From: a virus | Taxonomy: Duplodnaviria > Caudoviricetes | Reading direction: 5' to 3' (one strand) | IMG/VR virus record: IMGVR_UViG_2518645587_000001 | Location: 422-64,421 of that record | Length of the DNA stretch: 64,000 nucleotides | Shown here: positions 1 through 7,440 of the stretch, piece by piece | Layout: each line of letters opens with the position of its first letter | How positions within the stretch are numbered: position 1 is the first letter of the stretch | The notes under the pieces: generated by a model | Seen by the model: the letters and a program-made list of their open reading frames with translations, nothing else | What the model was told of the DNA's origin: nothing | The model's database searches: none | Translations under genes and position numbers: made by a program

Positions 1-596
1 AGCGCAGCCCAAATGGCAGCCTGCGCCGGCTTGCTGCAGTATTGAGCAATATCTCTTACCTCATCCACCGTCAAAAACACCTCTCGTTTATTGCTTACCC
101 TTACAGACTCGATACGTAGCCCGTGATTTTCGTGTGTGATCCGACGCTTCCATGCGAGAGTCAATCCTTTCTTGACGCAAGCCAGCGACCGGTTGATGGT
201 GGCTGGCGCGTACGCCGGCTTCATGGATTTTGTTTTCGGATCCTCGATCAACTTGCTCATGTCCCGGATAACCTTGTCCGCAAATTCCTGGGCTTGACTC
301 GCACGAAAGCTTGCTGCCCAGGGCTTCAGGCGCATGATATGGTGCTTGGATGAGTCAGCGCTGCGCAATTGAGAGGCGTGCTCTAAGTATATTTCCAAAA
401 TCTGCAGCATAGGCGGGTCACCTGGAATGGCTACTTGCTTGGCTTTTGGCGCGCGCGCCACTGCCGCGCGCAACTCAGCTTCAACTAGCTTGGCATCACG
501 CGCAGTTGCGCCTTCCGGCAGTATTCGGTGAACTCTTTTCCCGGCGACCATGATCCCGACGTGTTTGCGGCCGTTTTTGTCGTCCCAGATGGACAT
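1..596 (-). CDS. int: Tyrosine integrase, N-terminal part (3' end outside window; not in the ORF track)
   Basis: My translation from ATG 596: MSIWDDKNGRKHVGIMVAGKRVHRILPEG...PATINRSLACVKKGLTLAWK...KREVFLTVDEVRDIAQYC, open to base 1. 'TINR.L..L' and 'R.VFLT.DEV' match core-binding/pre-catalytic integrase motifs; lies next to xis. Confidence 0.8.
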   Translation of the reverse strand, partial: MSIWDDKNGRKHVGIMVAGKRVHRILPEGATARDAKLVEAELRAAVARAPKAKQVAIPGDPPMLQILEIYLEHASQLRSADSSKHHIMRLKPWAASFRASQAQEFADKVIRDMSKLIEDPKTKSMKPAYAPATINRSLACVKKGLTLAWKRRITHENHGLRIESVRVSNKREVFLTVDEVRDIAQYCSKPAQAAIWAA

Positions 597-823
597 AATT
601 GATTTTCCTTTAACCACTTCTTGCATTCCGCCAGGTCGTAGCGCTTCGATCTCGCGCCCACTGGCGTGTACGGCATTCCCTGTTGTTCGAGCCGCCGGAT
701 TGTAGACTCGCTCACGCTCAGCGCGGTGCAAATCTGTTGTCGATTAAGCTCGCCCATCGGGCTTTTGTTTTTGCTGGCCACCAACTCCGCAATGCGGGCC
801 AGTTCGTTTTCGTCGAATTTCAC
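485..823 (-). CDS. xis: Excisionase-like HTH protein
   Basis: GTG 823 with GGAG RBS, GTGA-coupled to the upstream ORF; LNRQQICTALSVSESTIRRLEQQGMP is a MerR/Xis-like HTH; overlaps the int start. Confidence 0.65.
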   Translation of the reverse strand: MKFDENELARIAELVASKNKSPMGELNRQQICTALSVSESTIRRLEQQGMPYTPVGARSKRYDLAECKKWLKENQLCPSGTTKTAANTSGSWSPGKEFTEYCRKAQLRVMPS

Positions 824-1191
824 GGTGGCGTCTCCAGGTTGGATGCCGCAGCTGGGCATGAACTGCGGGGCTGACCAGGCAAGTTGCTGCCCGTGCAGTC
901 GTGGCGGTGGTCGTTCGCGCGCGGGCAGCGTTTGTTGCCGCACGTGGGGCACAGCACCATGCGCGAGTCGAGCAGCGTCACCGGCCGGCAGGTGGTGCAC
1001 CAGCACGCTGACATCAGCTTGGCCGGCGCCAGTGCCGAGGCGGGCACCGGCGCCGCGCTTACCGCCGCATCCCACTCCTTGCGGCAATCGTCCAAGCTGG
1101 CGCGCAGTTCCACCGGCAAGGCGTCGCTTTGCGACAAGTTGTAGGCAAGGTTGGCCAGCTTGGCGCCGGCATTACGGATGGCGTCCATCAT
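820..1191 (-). CDS. Hypothetical protein with Cys/His-rich C-terminus
   Basis: CWCTTC...CPTCGNKRCPRANDHRHDC; coupled to both neighbours. Confidence 0.6.
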   Translation of the reverse strand: MMDAIRNAGAKLANLAYNLSQSDALPVELRASLDDCRKEWDAAVSAAPVPASALAPAKLMSACWCTTCRPVTLLDSRMVLCPTCGNKRCPRANDHRHDCTGSNLPGQPRSSCPAAASNLETPP

Positions 1192-2444
1192 GCATTGCCT
1201 TTCAGGTCGAATGCGAACCTGGCGCCCGCGCCAAAAGCTTTGCGGATCAGATCATCGACAGGGTCGTCGCTGGGGTAGCCTTCCTGATCGCAAAATGCGA
1301 CAAGCGCCGCATCGATGGTCGCTGCATAATTCGCAGGCGCTGGCAATGGCGAGTGCTTCGGCTTTGCCGCCTGCTTGGCGCGGATCGATTCCACCTTCGT
1401 CCAGATGCGCGCCAGTTCGACCTCGGCGGCTTGGTGCATGTCCAAGCCATTGGCAAGGCACAGCGCCGCCAGCGTGACCATCACGCCACCAACCTCCTGC
1501 GCCGGCTCGCCGACTGGCCGGCCATACACATAGTCCACCAACTGGTGCGCCTCGCTTGGCGTCATGCCGCAGGCCTGCACCAGTTCCGTAGATTCTTCGA
1601 AGAAGCGGTGGTTGCGCTCCTTCGTGTCGGCGGAAATCTCGGCGCCGAAGCACGCCATCATCCACGGCTGCACGCGCTGCTGGAAGGGCTGCACGCTGGT
1701 GGCAGGAGCAGTGGCGGCGAAGAGGGCGCGCCAATCTTCGACTTCCAGACGCATGCACTCGATTTTCGCCGGCGACCTAACTCCATGGTTGTAGCGGTCC
1801 TGCCACCGTTGTACGTGCGGCGCAGGCTGCTGCACTGGCTGAGCACCAGCTGGTGGCTGGGCGAACATGCGCTTAGCAATTTGCTCAACTTTGTATGCAA
1901 TGCGAAAGCGCGCATCAACTACCGGGCCGGTCTTATCGGCGCTACGCATGTTTTCCGCAGCACTGAAAAGAACCTGTGCATCCTCGATATCGAAGTCCTT
2001 CACTACAACAGCGGCGCCCGGCGCAGGCTGCTGAGCATGCGGAGCGCCGCGCAGTTGCTCGATGTACTCGATCAGGCTGTCCGTGGTCGGGCCGCCGCCT
2101 TTCATGTCGTCAATCCACTTCGGTAGCGGCTGCGTGCGCGCCAGCAGTTCCTCGCCGCTCACCAGCGGGATGGCCACGGTCTCGGCGCCGTATGCTTGGC
2201 GTGCGAGGGCGATGAGTTCGAGCACGGCAGACGGATTGGCGGCGGCGATATGCGCTGCGTTGCATGCCATTTCGTCGAGTCGCATCCAAACCGCGCCAGT
2301 CGCCATTGCCAACTGGTTCTGGCCCTTACCATTCGCGTACTGCTGAACTGGTCCTCCAATCACTGCCCCGTGGCGATTCAGTTCCCACGGCCCCGGCGTT
2401 GCCGCGCGCGCCAGCGCTTCCAATTCGTTCAGATCGATTTTCAT
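1188..2444 (-). CDS. Ead/Ea22-like N-terminus fused to a MazG-like (all-alpha NTP pyrophosphatase) domain
   Basis: AATPGPW...NAAHIAAANPSAVLELI (Ead/Ea22 pattern); FFEESTELVQA...QEVGGVMVTLAALC (MazG-like EExxE helix pair). Confidence 0.7.
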   Translation of the reverse strand: MKIDLNELEALARAATPGPWELNRHGAVIGGPVQQYANGKGQNQLAMATGAVWMRLDEMACNAAHIAAANPSAVLELIALARQAYGAETVAIPLVSGEELLARTQPLPKWIDDMKGGGPTTDSLIEYIEQLRGAPHAQQPAPGAAVVVKDFDIEDAQVLFSAAENMRSADKTGPVVDARFRIAYKVEQIAKRMFAQPPAGAQPVQQPAPHVQRWQDRYNHGVRSPAKIECMRLEVEDWRALFAATAPATSVQPFQQRVQPWMMACFGAEISADTKERNHRFFEESTELVQACGMTPSEAHQLVDYVYGRPVGEPAQEVGGVMVTLAALCLANGLDMHQAAEVELARIWTKVESIRAKQAAKPKHSPLPAPANYAATIDAALVAFCDQEGYPSDDPVDDLIRKAFGAGARFAFDLKGNA

Positions 2445-2683
2445 GTAGGTTGCTCCAATATCGTTATGTCACATGGCCGCACCGGCTCGGCGCGCCCCTT
2501 GAGGTAGATCAGCATTTCCGCATCACCATCGTGGTGGCAGTAGGTGCTGACGAAATGCTTTGCGCCGTTGATTCCCACCGCCTGGCATCGCTGCCGCGCG
2601 CGGATGATGCGCAGGTCGTGGTCGTCGGCCAGATCCTGCGCGGTCTTGACGCGCTCGGCCGGCACCTGGTCGCGCGCGCTCAC
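2441..2683 (-). CDS. Hypothetical protein
   Basis: 80 aa, 4-nt overlaps with neighbours. Confidence 0.6.
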   Translation of the reverse strand: MSARDQVPAERVKTAQDLADDHDLRIIRARQRCQAVGINGAKHFVSTYCHHDGDAEMLIYLKGRAEPVRPCDITILEQPT

Positions 2684-2781
2684 TTCGACATCCAGTCGCA
2701 GAGCAGGGCGGCCATCGCCAGGCCGTACAGCTTGAGGGCGCCGATGCAGACGACGCGGCGGGCGGTGGTACTGCTGATCAT
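2680..2781 (-). CDS. 33-aa hydrophobic peptide (not in the ORF track)
   Basis: MISSTTARRVVCIGALKLYGLAMAALLCDWMSK; fills the gap exactly, with ATGA and GTGA coupling. Confidence 0.5.
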   Translation of the reverse strand: MISSTTARRVVCIGALKLYGLAMAALLCDWMSK

Positions 2782-3098
2782 GACCGTCCTTTCTTCTTTT
2801 TCAGGTAGGGGCGCGCGCTGCCGAATGCCGGCGCACCGGCGCGCTGCATCGGGAACTCGACAGGTGCGACCTGGAACTTCGCCATTGCCGCCGCCAAGTC
2901 GCGAAACTTCGCCGCCGAGTTGATTGCGCTCAGTTCGAGCGCGGCAAGTTCCGCTTCAATGCGCCCGCGCACTGCCGCCTCCTCGTACTGCTTCGACGCC
3001 GCGATGAGCGCCTGGCCCAGGCTTGTGGCTGAAACGGCGAGCATCGCAGTCAGGCGGCGACCATCGCCGCTGCCGACGATCAGGATGCGGCCGGTCAC
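2778..3098 (-). CDS. Hypothetical protein
   Basis: 106 aa, coupled to both neighbours. Confidence 0.55.
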   Translation of the reverse strand: MTGRILIVGSGDGRRLTAMLAVSATSLGQALIAASKQYEEAAVRGRIEAELAALELSAINSAAKFRDLAAAMAKFQVAPVEFPMQRAGAPAFGSARPYLKKKKGRS

Positions 3099-3901
3099 GG
3101 CATCACCCGCTCAAATTCCACGCACCACACCCATGGGTTCGCATCCCAGCTGCCGACGCCGTTGATCGCTTCCCACAAGTGGCGGTACAACTTGAGGTGC
3201 GTATCGCAGTCCGTGCAATCCACGTCGAAGTTGACGCCGCCGCCGGCGCCCAGCGTGCTTCGCAGGCCGGTACCAGCACACGTCGAGCACAGGCTCCATC
3301 CGTCCTTGGTACGCGCCTCCGGGCGCGGGCTGTGGTCGGCATCCAACTGCATGACGCCTTCGGCCTTGGCGTCGGCCTCGCTGCAGTCGTTCAGCCGCTC
3401 CACGCGCACACTCACGATCTCCAGCAGGATCCGGCTGGCCGCGCGCGGCATGAAGATGGCTGGTCGCTTGTACCAGCCGGGCAACACGCCGCCATCGCGC
3501 TTCTTCGCCAGCGGCAAGTCGGGGGCGTCGGCGTCGTATTGGTAGGCGTGGCCGCACTCGACGGTCATGTCGATGAAGTGCCACTCGTCGCGCTTCTTCT
3601 TCTCGCTGTAGCGCGTTACCCACCGGCCGTAGGCGAAGAAGGTTTCACGGATCCAGATGCGACCACCTGGCCGGCCGTACGGGAACTTGCGGCCCATAGT
3701 TTCGTCCGACGCGCCAAATATTTCACGGCCCGGGGCGTCGTAGCCGCCGTTGTCGATGATGGTAGGGTTGTACGCGCCCACGAATGGATTCCAGTATGGG
3801 CCCGGGTCCGGCTTTACGATCCGGCGCGTCTGGCTTTTGGTGCCGGCCAGCGTGGAGCGGACCATGGCGCCATTCATGAGGATAGACCGTTCTTCGACCA
3901 T
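3095..3901 (-). CDS. ASCH/PUA-like phage protein with Zn-finger-like insert
   Basis: ERSILMNGAMVRSTLAGTKSQTRR, PYGRPGGRIWIRETF, IFMPRAASRILLEIVSVRVERL, WDANPWVWCVEF; insert CSTC...CTDC. Confidence 0.7.
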   Translation of the reverse strand: MVEERSILMNGAMVRSTLAGTKSQTRRIVKPDPGPYWNPFVGAYNPTIIDNGGYDAPGREIFGASDETMGRKFPYGRPGGRIWIRETFFAYGRWVTRYSEKKKRDEWHFIDMTVECGHAYQYDADAPDLPLAKKRDGGVLPGWYKRPAIFMPRAASRILLEIVSVRVERLNDCSEADAKAEGVMQLDADHSPRPEARTKDGWSLCSTCAGTGLRSTLGAGGGVNFDVDCTDCDTHLKLYRHLWEAINGVGSWDANPWVWCVEFERVMP

Positions 3902-3941
3902 GCTACTATTCCTTTCTATTAATATTTTTTACTGGCGACTT

Positions 3942-4586
3942 ATGGACTGGATGCAATTCGTTTCTAGCCTCGTTGGATCTCTGGCATGGCCTGTAGCGCT
4001 AGTCACTATCCTTTTCCTTTTCAAAGAAGAGGTAGCAAAACACCTCCCGCTGCTACAAAAACTCAAGCTGCCTGGCGGCATTGAGGCGGAGTTCAATAAA
4101 GACCTCGCTGAAGTCGCGGCAGCGATAGAAGATTCCGTCGCTGCCCCACCCGTAGTTGCTGCAAGCGACGAGCGCGAAACCACGAACCAAGAAATGCTTG
4201 GCGTCGATCCAGTAACCTTGTCCAACATCCTGAGCTTTATGCTTCCTGATGATGATCCAGTCGCACTTCGGGCGAATCCAACCGGGGTGGTGATGGAGGC
4301 ATGGAAGTCACTAGAGACCGTTCTTCGGGCTGCGACTAATCGCGCGAAAAAAAATGTTCACTTCTCAACGCGCATAGGATTCCCAAGCATCTTGCATTTC
4401 TTGGCGGACTCCAATTTCTTAACCAGCGAGGAAATTGATAGCCTTCGAAGATTGAAAAGCATGCGCGACCTTGCCGCCCACAGTAACGATCCAATTTCCG
4501 CCCAGAGCGCCACCGATTTCGCGGAATTGTCCGCCCGGATGGCGAAAAATTTAACTGTGCGAATGGGGCAAATGTTCCCTCAATAG
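3942..4586 (+). CDS. Antisense moron: N-terminal membrane helix plus HEPN-like C-terminal domain
   Basis: Lower GC; ATG 3942; hydrophobic LVGSLAWPVALVTILFLF; Rx4H motif RDLAAH at 4464-4481. Confidence 0.65.
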   Translation: MDWMQFVSSLVGSLAWPVALVTILFLFKEEVAKHLPLLQKLKLPGGIEAEFNKDLAEVAAAIEDSVAAPPVVAASDERETTNQEMLGVDPVTLSNILSFMLPDDDPVALRANPTGVVMEAWKSLETVLRAATNRAKKNVHFSTRIGFPSILHFLADSNFLTSEEIDSLRRLKSMRDLAAHSNDPISAQSATDFAELSARMAKNLTVRMGQMFPQ

Positions 4587-4601
4587 CGCGGGGTGTGGAC
4601 G

Positions 4602-6062
4602 TTAGGATTCGCAACTAAGTAGCTCACGATTGCCGTTCGACTGTATCGGTCCGACCACCGAGCCCTCCATCGCTTCCAGCAGGCGCGCCGCGCGGTTGTA
4701 GCCGATGCTCAGGTGGCGCTGGATCAGCGATAGCGAGGCGCGTTGGTTCGTGCGCACCACGGCCACGGCCTGGTCGTACAGCGGATCGGTGGCGCTGCCG
4801 TCGCCGGCTGGTACGTCGGCGCCCAGGCTCGTCACCACGCGCTGCTCGCGCACAGGCTCGTCGCCGGCTGCAGGGAGCGGGCTTGGTTCCACGATCTCGA
4901 CCGCCGCGACCAGGAACAGTTGGGCCGAAGTCGAGCCGGTGGCCTGCTCCTTCGCCAGTGCGATGGCTGCCTCGATGGCGCCACCGGCTTCATCCATGCG
5001 CTCCCGGACGCGCGCCATGTAAGGTTCGATCGTCTGCTCGTACAGCGCACCCAGCACATGGCGGTGGAGCGCGCGCTGTTTGTACAGCTCCGCCCCCAGG
5101 CGCACGGCCCGCTCGATCTTCGGCTGGCCGGCCGGTGCCGCGCGGGTATCTTCACCAGCCTCGCCCACCGTCGCTTCGCCGCCCAGCGCTTCCACCACGT
5201 CGGCCAGCATCTTCGCCAACTCGCCGGTCATGAGCATGAAGTCGCCGTCGAAGCGCTCGTCGTCGTTGCGGCTGGTGCCGCGCGTTTCCTCCGTCAGCAC
5301 GTCGAGCGTCTTGACCGACTTGATGGCCAGGGTCTCGTCCAGCACGAACGAAATTTTGCTGTCCCAGGTCATGGCCAGGCGCGTGCACTGTTTGCCGGCC
5401 TTGAAGTGACGGCGCAACTCGTCCGGTTCGAGCGTGTGGCGCTTCCACTGAACGGTGGCCTTGCTCTCGCCAGTGGCGCGCAGCGTCGCATCTTGGTCAA
5501 TGGTGAAGCCGGCAGGCGCCTCGTCGGTCGAGAGCCATTCGGTCATGACGCCCACCGGCGAGCGCTGCACGCGCAGGCTTTCTAGAGGCAAGCGGTCGAC
5601 GGCCTTGAGCAGCAACTTGATCACCTCGTCGGCCTTCGACGGGCTGGCCGCATCCACCACCAGCCAGCCGTTCACCGGATCGATCCAGGTCCAGATGTTC
5701 GATTCGATGCTGAAAGCGCGCGGCAGCAGTTCGTCGGCGACTCGCTCCTTCAATTCCTTCATCGCCTTCTTCCCCGGCGCGAAGCCTTGGGCTTCTTCCA
5801 TTTCGGCGGCGCGCGCCTTCGTCACCTGGTTGATGACGGTGGCTGGCAGCAGCTTCTTCTCGCCGCGCAGGCGTATCAGCATTTGCTTGTTCACGGCATG
5901 CACCAGGCCGCCTTCCTTGCGCGGCTCGTCCCAGCCTTGGCGAACCAACTCGCTGCTGCTGGCTGGTGTGAACTTGTTCGACGCCAGCGCCTCGGCCAGC
6001 GCCTCGGTGGTCATTTGCCAATTTTTCGGCAGTCGATAAATTTGGAGATTCTTAAACCACAT
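4602..6062 (-). CDS. rdgC: Recombination-associated protein RdgC with C-terminal FtsK-gamma-like winged helix
   Basis: MWFKNLQIYRL start and RdgC motifs (LAMTWDSKISFVLDETLAIKSVK); tail DPLYDQAVAVV...ASLSLIQRHLSIGYNRAARLLEAME. Confidence 0.9.
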   Translation of the reverse strand: MWFKNLQIYRLPKNWQMTTEALAEALASNKFTPASSSELVRQGWDEPRKEGGLVHAVNKQMLIRLRGEKKLLPATVINQVTKARAAEMEEAQGFAPGKKAMKELKERVADELLPRAFSIESNIWTWIDPVNGWLVVDAASPSKADEVIKLLLKAVDRLPLESLRVQRSPVGVMTEWLSTDEAPAGFTIDQDATLRATGESKATVQWKRHTLEPDELRRHFKAGKQCTRLAMTWDSKISFVLDETLAIKSVKTLDVLTEETRGTSRNDDERFDGDFMLMTGELAKMLADVVEALGGEATVGEAGEDTRAAPAGQPKIERAVRLGAELYKQRALHRHVLGALYEQTIEPYMARVRERMDEAGGAIEAAIALAKEQATGSTSAQLFLVAAVEIVEPSPLPAAGDEPVREQRVVTSLGADVPAGDGSATDPLYDQAVAVVRTNQRASLSLIQRHLSIGYNRAARLLEAMEGSVVGPIQSNGNRELLSCES

Positions 6063-6070
6063 GGCTGATC

Positions 6071-6484
6071 CTATTCTGAAAATACGACGCCGCGCGCGGT
6101 GCCGAAGGCATACAAAAATTCAATAAACTGCGCCGCTTCCTTCACGTAGAACTCGGCGGTCTGGATGCCGAGCTGTACGGTGCGGCGCCCGTCGAAGCTC
6201 ACGGTGACGCGGCCGTCGTGATGCAGCGGCGTGCAGGCCAGGCGCATCTCTTCGGCAAACTCGTCCACCAGCAGGCGCTTCATGTCGTCCGCGTCCCACT
6301 TGCGGCCGATGTGCTCAATCTGTTTCGCGATCTCGCCGATCATCGCGTGGTACTTTTCCTCCTGGGCGCGCTTCTTGCGGGGCTCCGAAAAGACGACCAT
6401 CCAGCCTTCCGGGGCCGTGCCGGCAAACGCGGCCGCGCGGCGCCGGGCCTCGGCGTGGACTAGGAAAAACGTCTGGCGCGTCAT
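6071..6484 (-). CDS. ninB: NinB-family recombination protein
   Basis: QTFFLVH...EPRKKRAQEEKYHAMIGEIAKQ...KEAAQFIEFLYAFG. Confidence 0.8.
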   Translation of the reverse strand: MTRQTFFLVHAEARRRAAAFAGTAPEGWMVVFSEPRKKRAQEEKYHAMIGEIAKQIEHIGRKWDADDMKRLLVDEFAEEMRLACTPLHHDGRVTVSFDGRRTVQLGIQTAEFYVKEAAQFIEFLYAFGTARGVVFSE

Positions 6485-6669
6485 GGCGGTGCTCCCGCAG
6501 CGATCGTGATTACTACCGACAGGAACAACCGCTGTGCCACCGCGCGCGTCTCGTCCAGCGTCAGGCCGGTGATGGTGATCAGCTCACCATTCGGGCGCTG
6601 CATCACTGCGCCCAGCGTGCCCTGGTCGTCAAGCTGGCCGACTTCGACCAGCGTGCCGGCGGCGATCAT
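6481..6669 (-). CDS. Hypothetical protein
   Basis: ATG 6669 coupled (ATGA) to the upstream stop; 62 aa. Confidence 0.55.
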   Translation of the reverse strand: MIAAGTLVEVGQLDDQGTLGAVMQRPNGELITITGLTLDETRAVAQRLFLSVVITIAAGAPP

Positions 6670-6887
6670 GGGCAGCACCTTGGCGAGCAGCCGCCCAGCT
6701 TTATTGCATTGGGGTGCGCGAAGTCTTCCGGCGTGCCGTACCACTCGCATACGCGCTCACAACCCTCACAGTCGTAGTAGAGCTTGCCCCGCCGCAGGGT
6801 CAGACCTTCCGGTAAGCTTGCCTCGAACACTTCTTCTGCCAGCGCGCGGGCGGTGGCGCGGTTCTGGTAGCGCTGCTGGGCGTTCAT
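6666..6887 (-). CDS. Hypothetical Cys-rich protein
   Basis: YDCEGCERVC...CSPRCCP; coupled. Confidence 0.55.
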   Translation of the reverse strand: MNAQQRYQNRATARALAEEVFEASLPEGLTLRRGKLYYDCEGCERVCEWYGTPEDFAHPNAIKLGGCSPRCCP

Positions 6888-7120
6888 GTAGCGACAGCCT
6901 TCACCGGTGTCACCCGGTCCAGGAGGTAGCAGCCACGAATGCCATCGAGCCAGATCACGGCGCTATGGCCGCTGAGCACCTGAGCTTCACTGGTGGTAAT
7001 GGTCTCGCGGACCTCGCCGCCGTCGAGCAGCACCGTGACGGCGGCACCGACCTGATTCGCAGCGTTGAACTTGTCGCACGCGGCCTGCAAGCTCGGGGCC
7101 GATGGAATGCGGCGGCTCAC
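6884..7120 (-). CDS. Hypothetical phage protein
   Basis: GTG 7120 coupled to the KTSC stop; ACDKFNAANQVGAAVTV...SGHSAVIWLDGIRGCYLLDRV. Confidence 0.6.
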   Translation of the reverse strand: MSRRIPSAPSLQAACDKFNAANQVGAAVTVLLDGGEVRETITTSEAQVLSGHSAVIWLDGIRGCYLLDRVTPVKAVAT

Positions 7121-7416
7121 GCCGCAACTCCTGGCGTCGCCGGCTCGGCTGCGACTGGCGCCGCTGGCACCCCCATGTTCTGGTACGGGTGCTTTTCCTT
7201 GTGCGGCTGAATGTGCTGGATGAAGTGCTTGCCGACCGACTCGGCGCTGGCGAATGCGGTGTACTCCTGCGCCGTGAAGTTGGCGTAGTGGTAGACGTTG
7301 CCGGGCGCGCCCTTGGCGAAGAACTGGATGGCCAGGGTCTGGCTGGCGGGGTCGTGGCCGATGGCGTGCAGTTTGCTGGACTTGACCGGGGTGAGCGGGA
7401 TGCTGTTTGCGTTCAT
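7117..7416 (-). CDS. KTSC-domain protein
   Basis: PVKSSKLHAIGHDPASQTLAIQF...YHY...YTAFASAESVGKHF. Confidence 0.85.
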   Translation of the reverse strand: MNANSIPLTPVKSSKLHAIGHDPASQTLAIQFFAKGAPGNVYHYANFTAQEYTAFASAESVGKHFIQHIQPHKEKHPYQNMGVPAAPVAAEPATPGVAA

Positions 7417-7440
7417 GGATGGCTCCTGATGGTGAACGGG

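Noticed and set aside
123-353. Plus-strand 76-aa ORF
   Set aside because: Shadow of the integrase on the opposite strand
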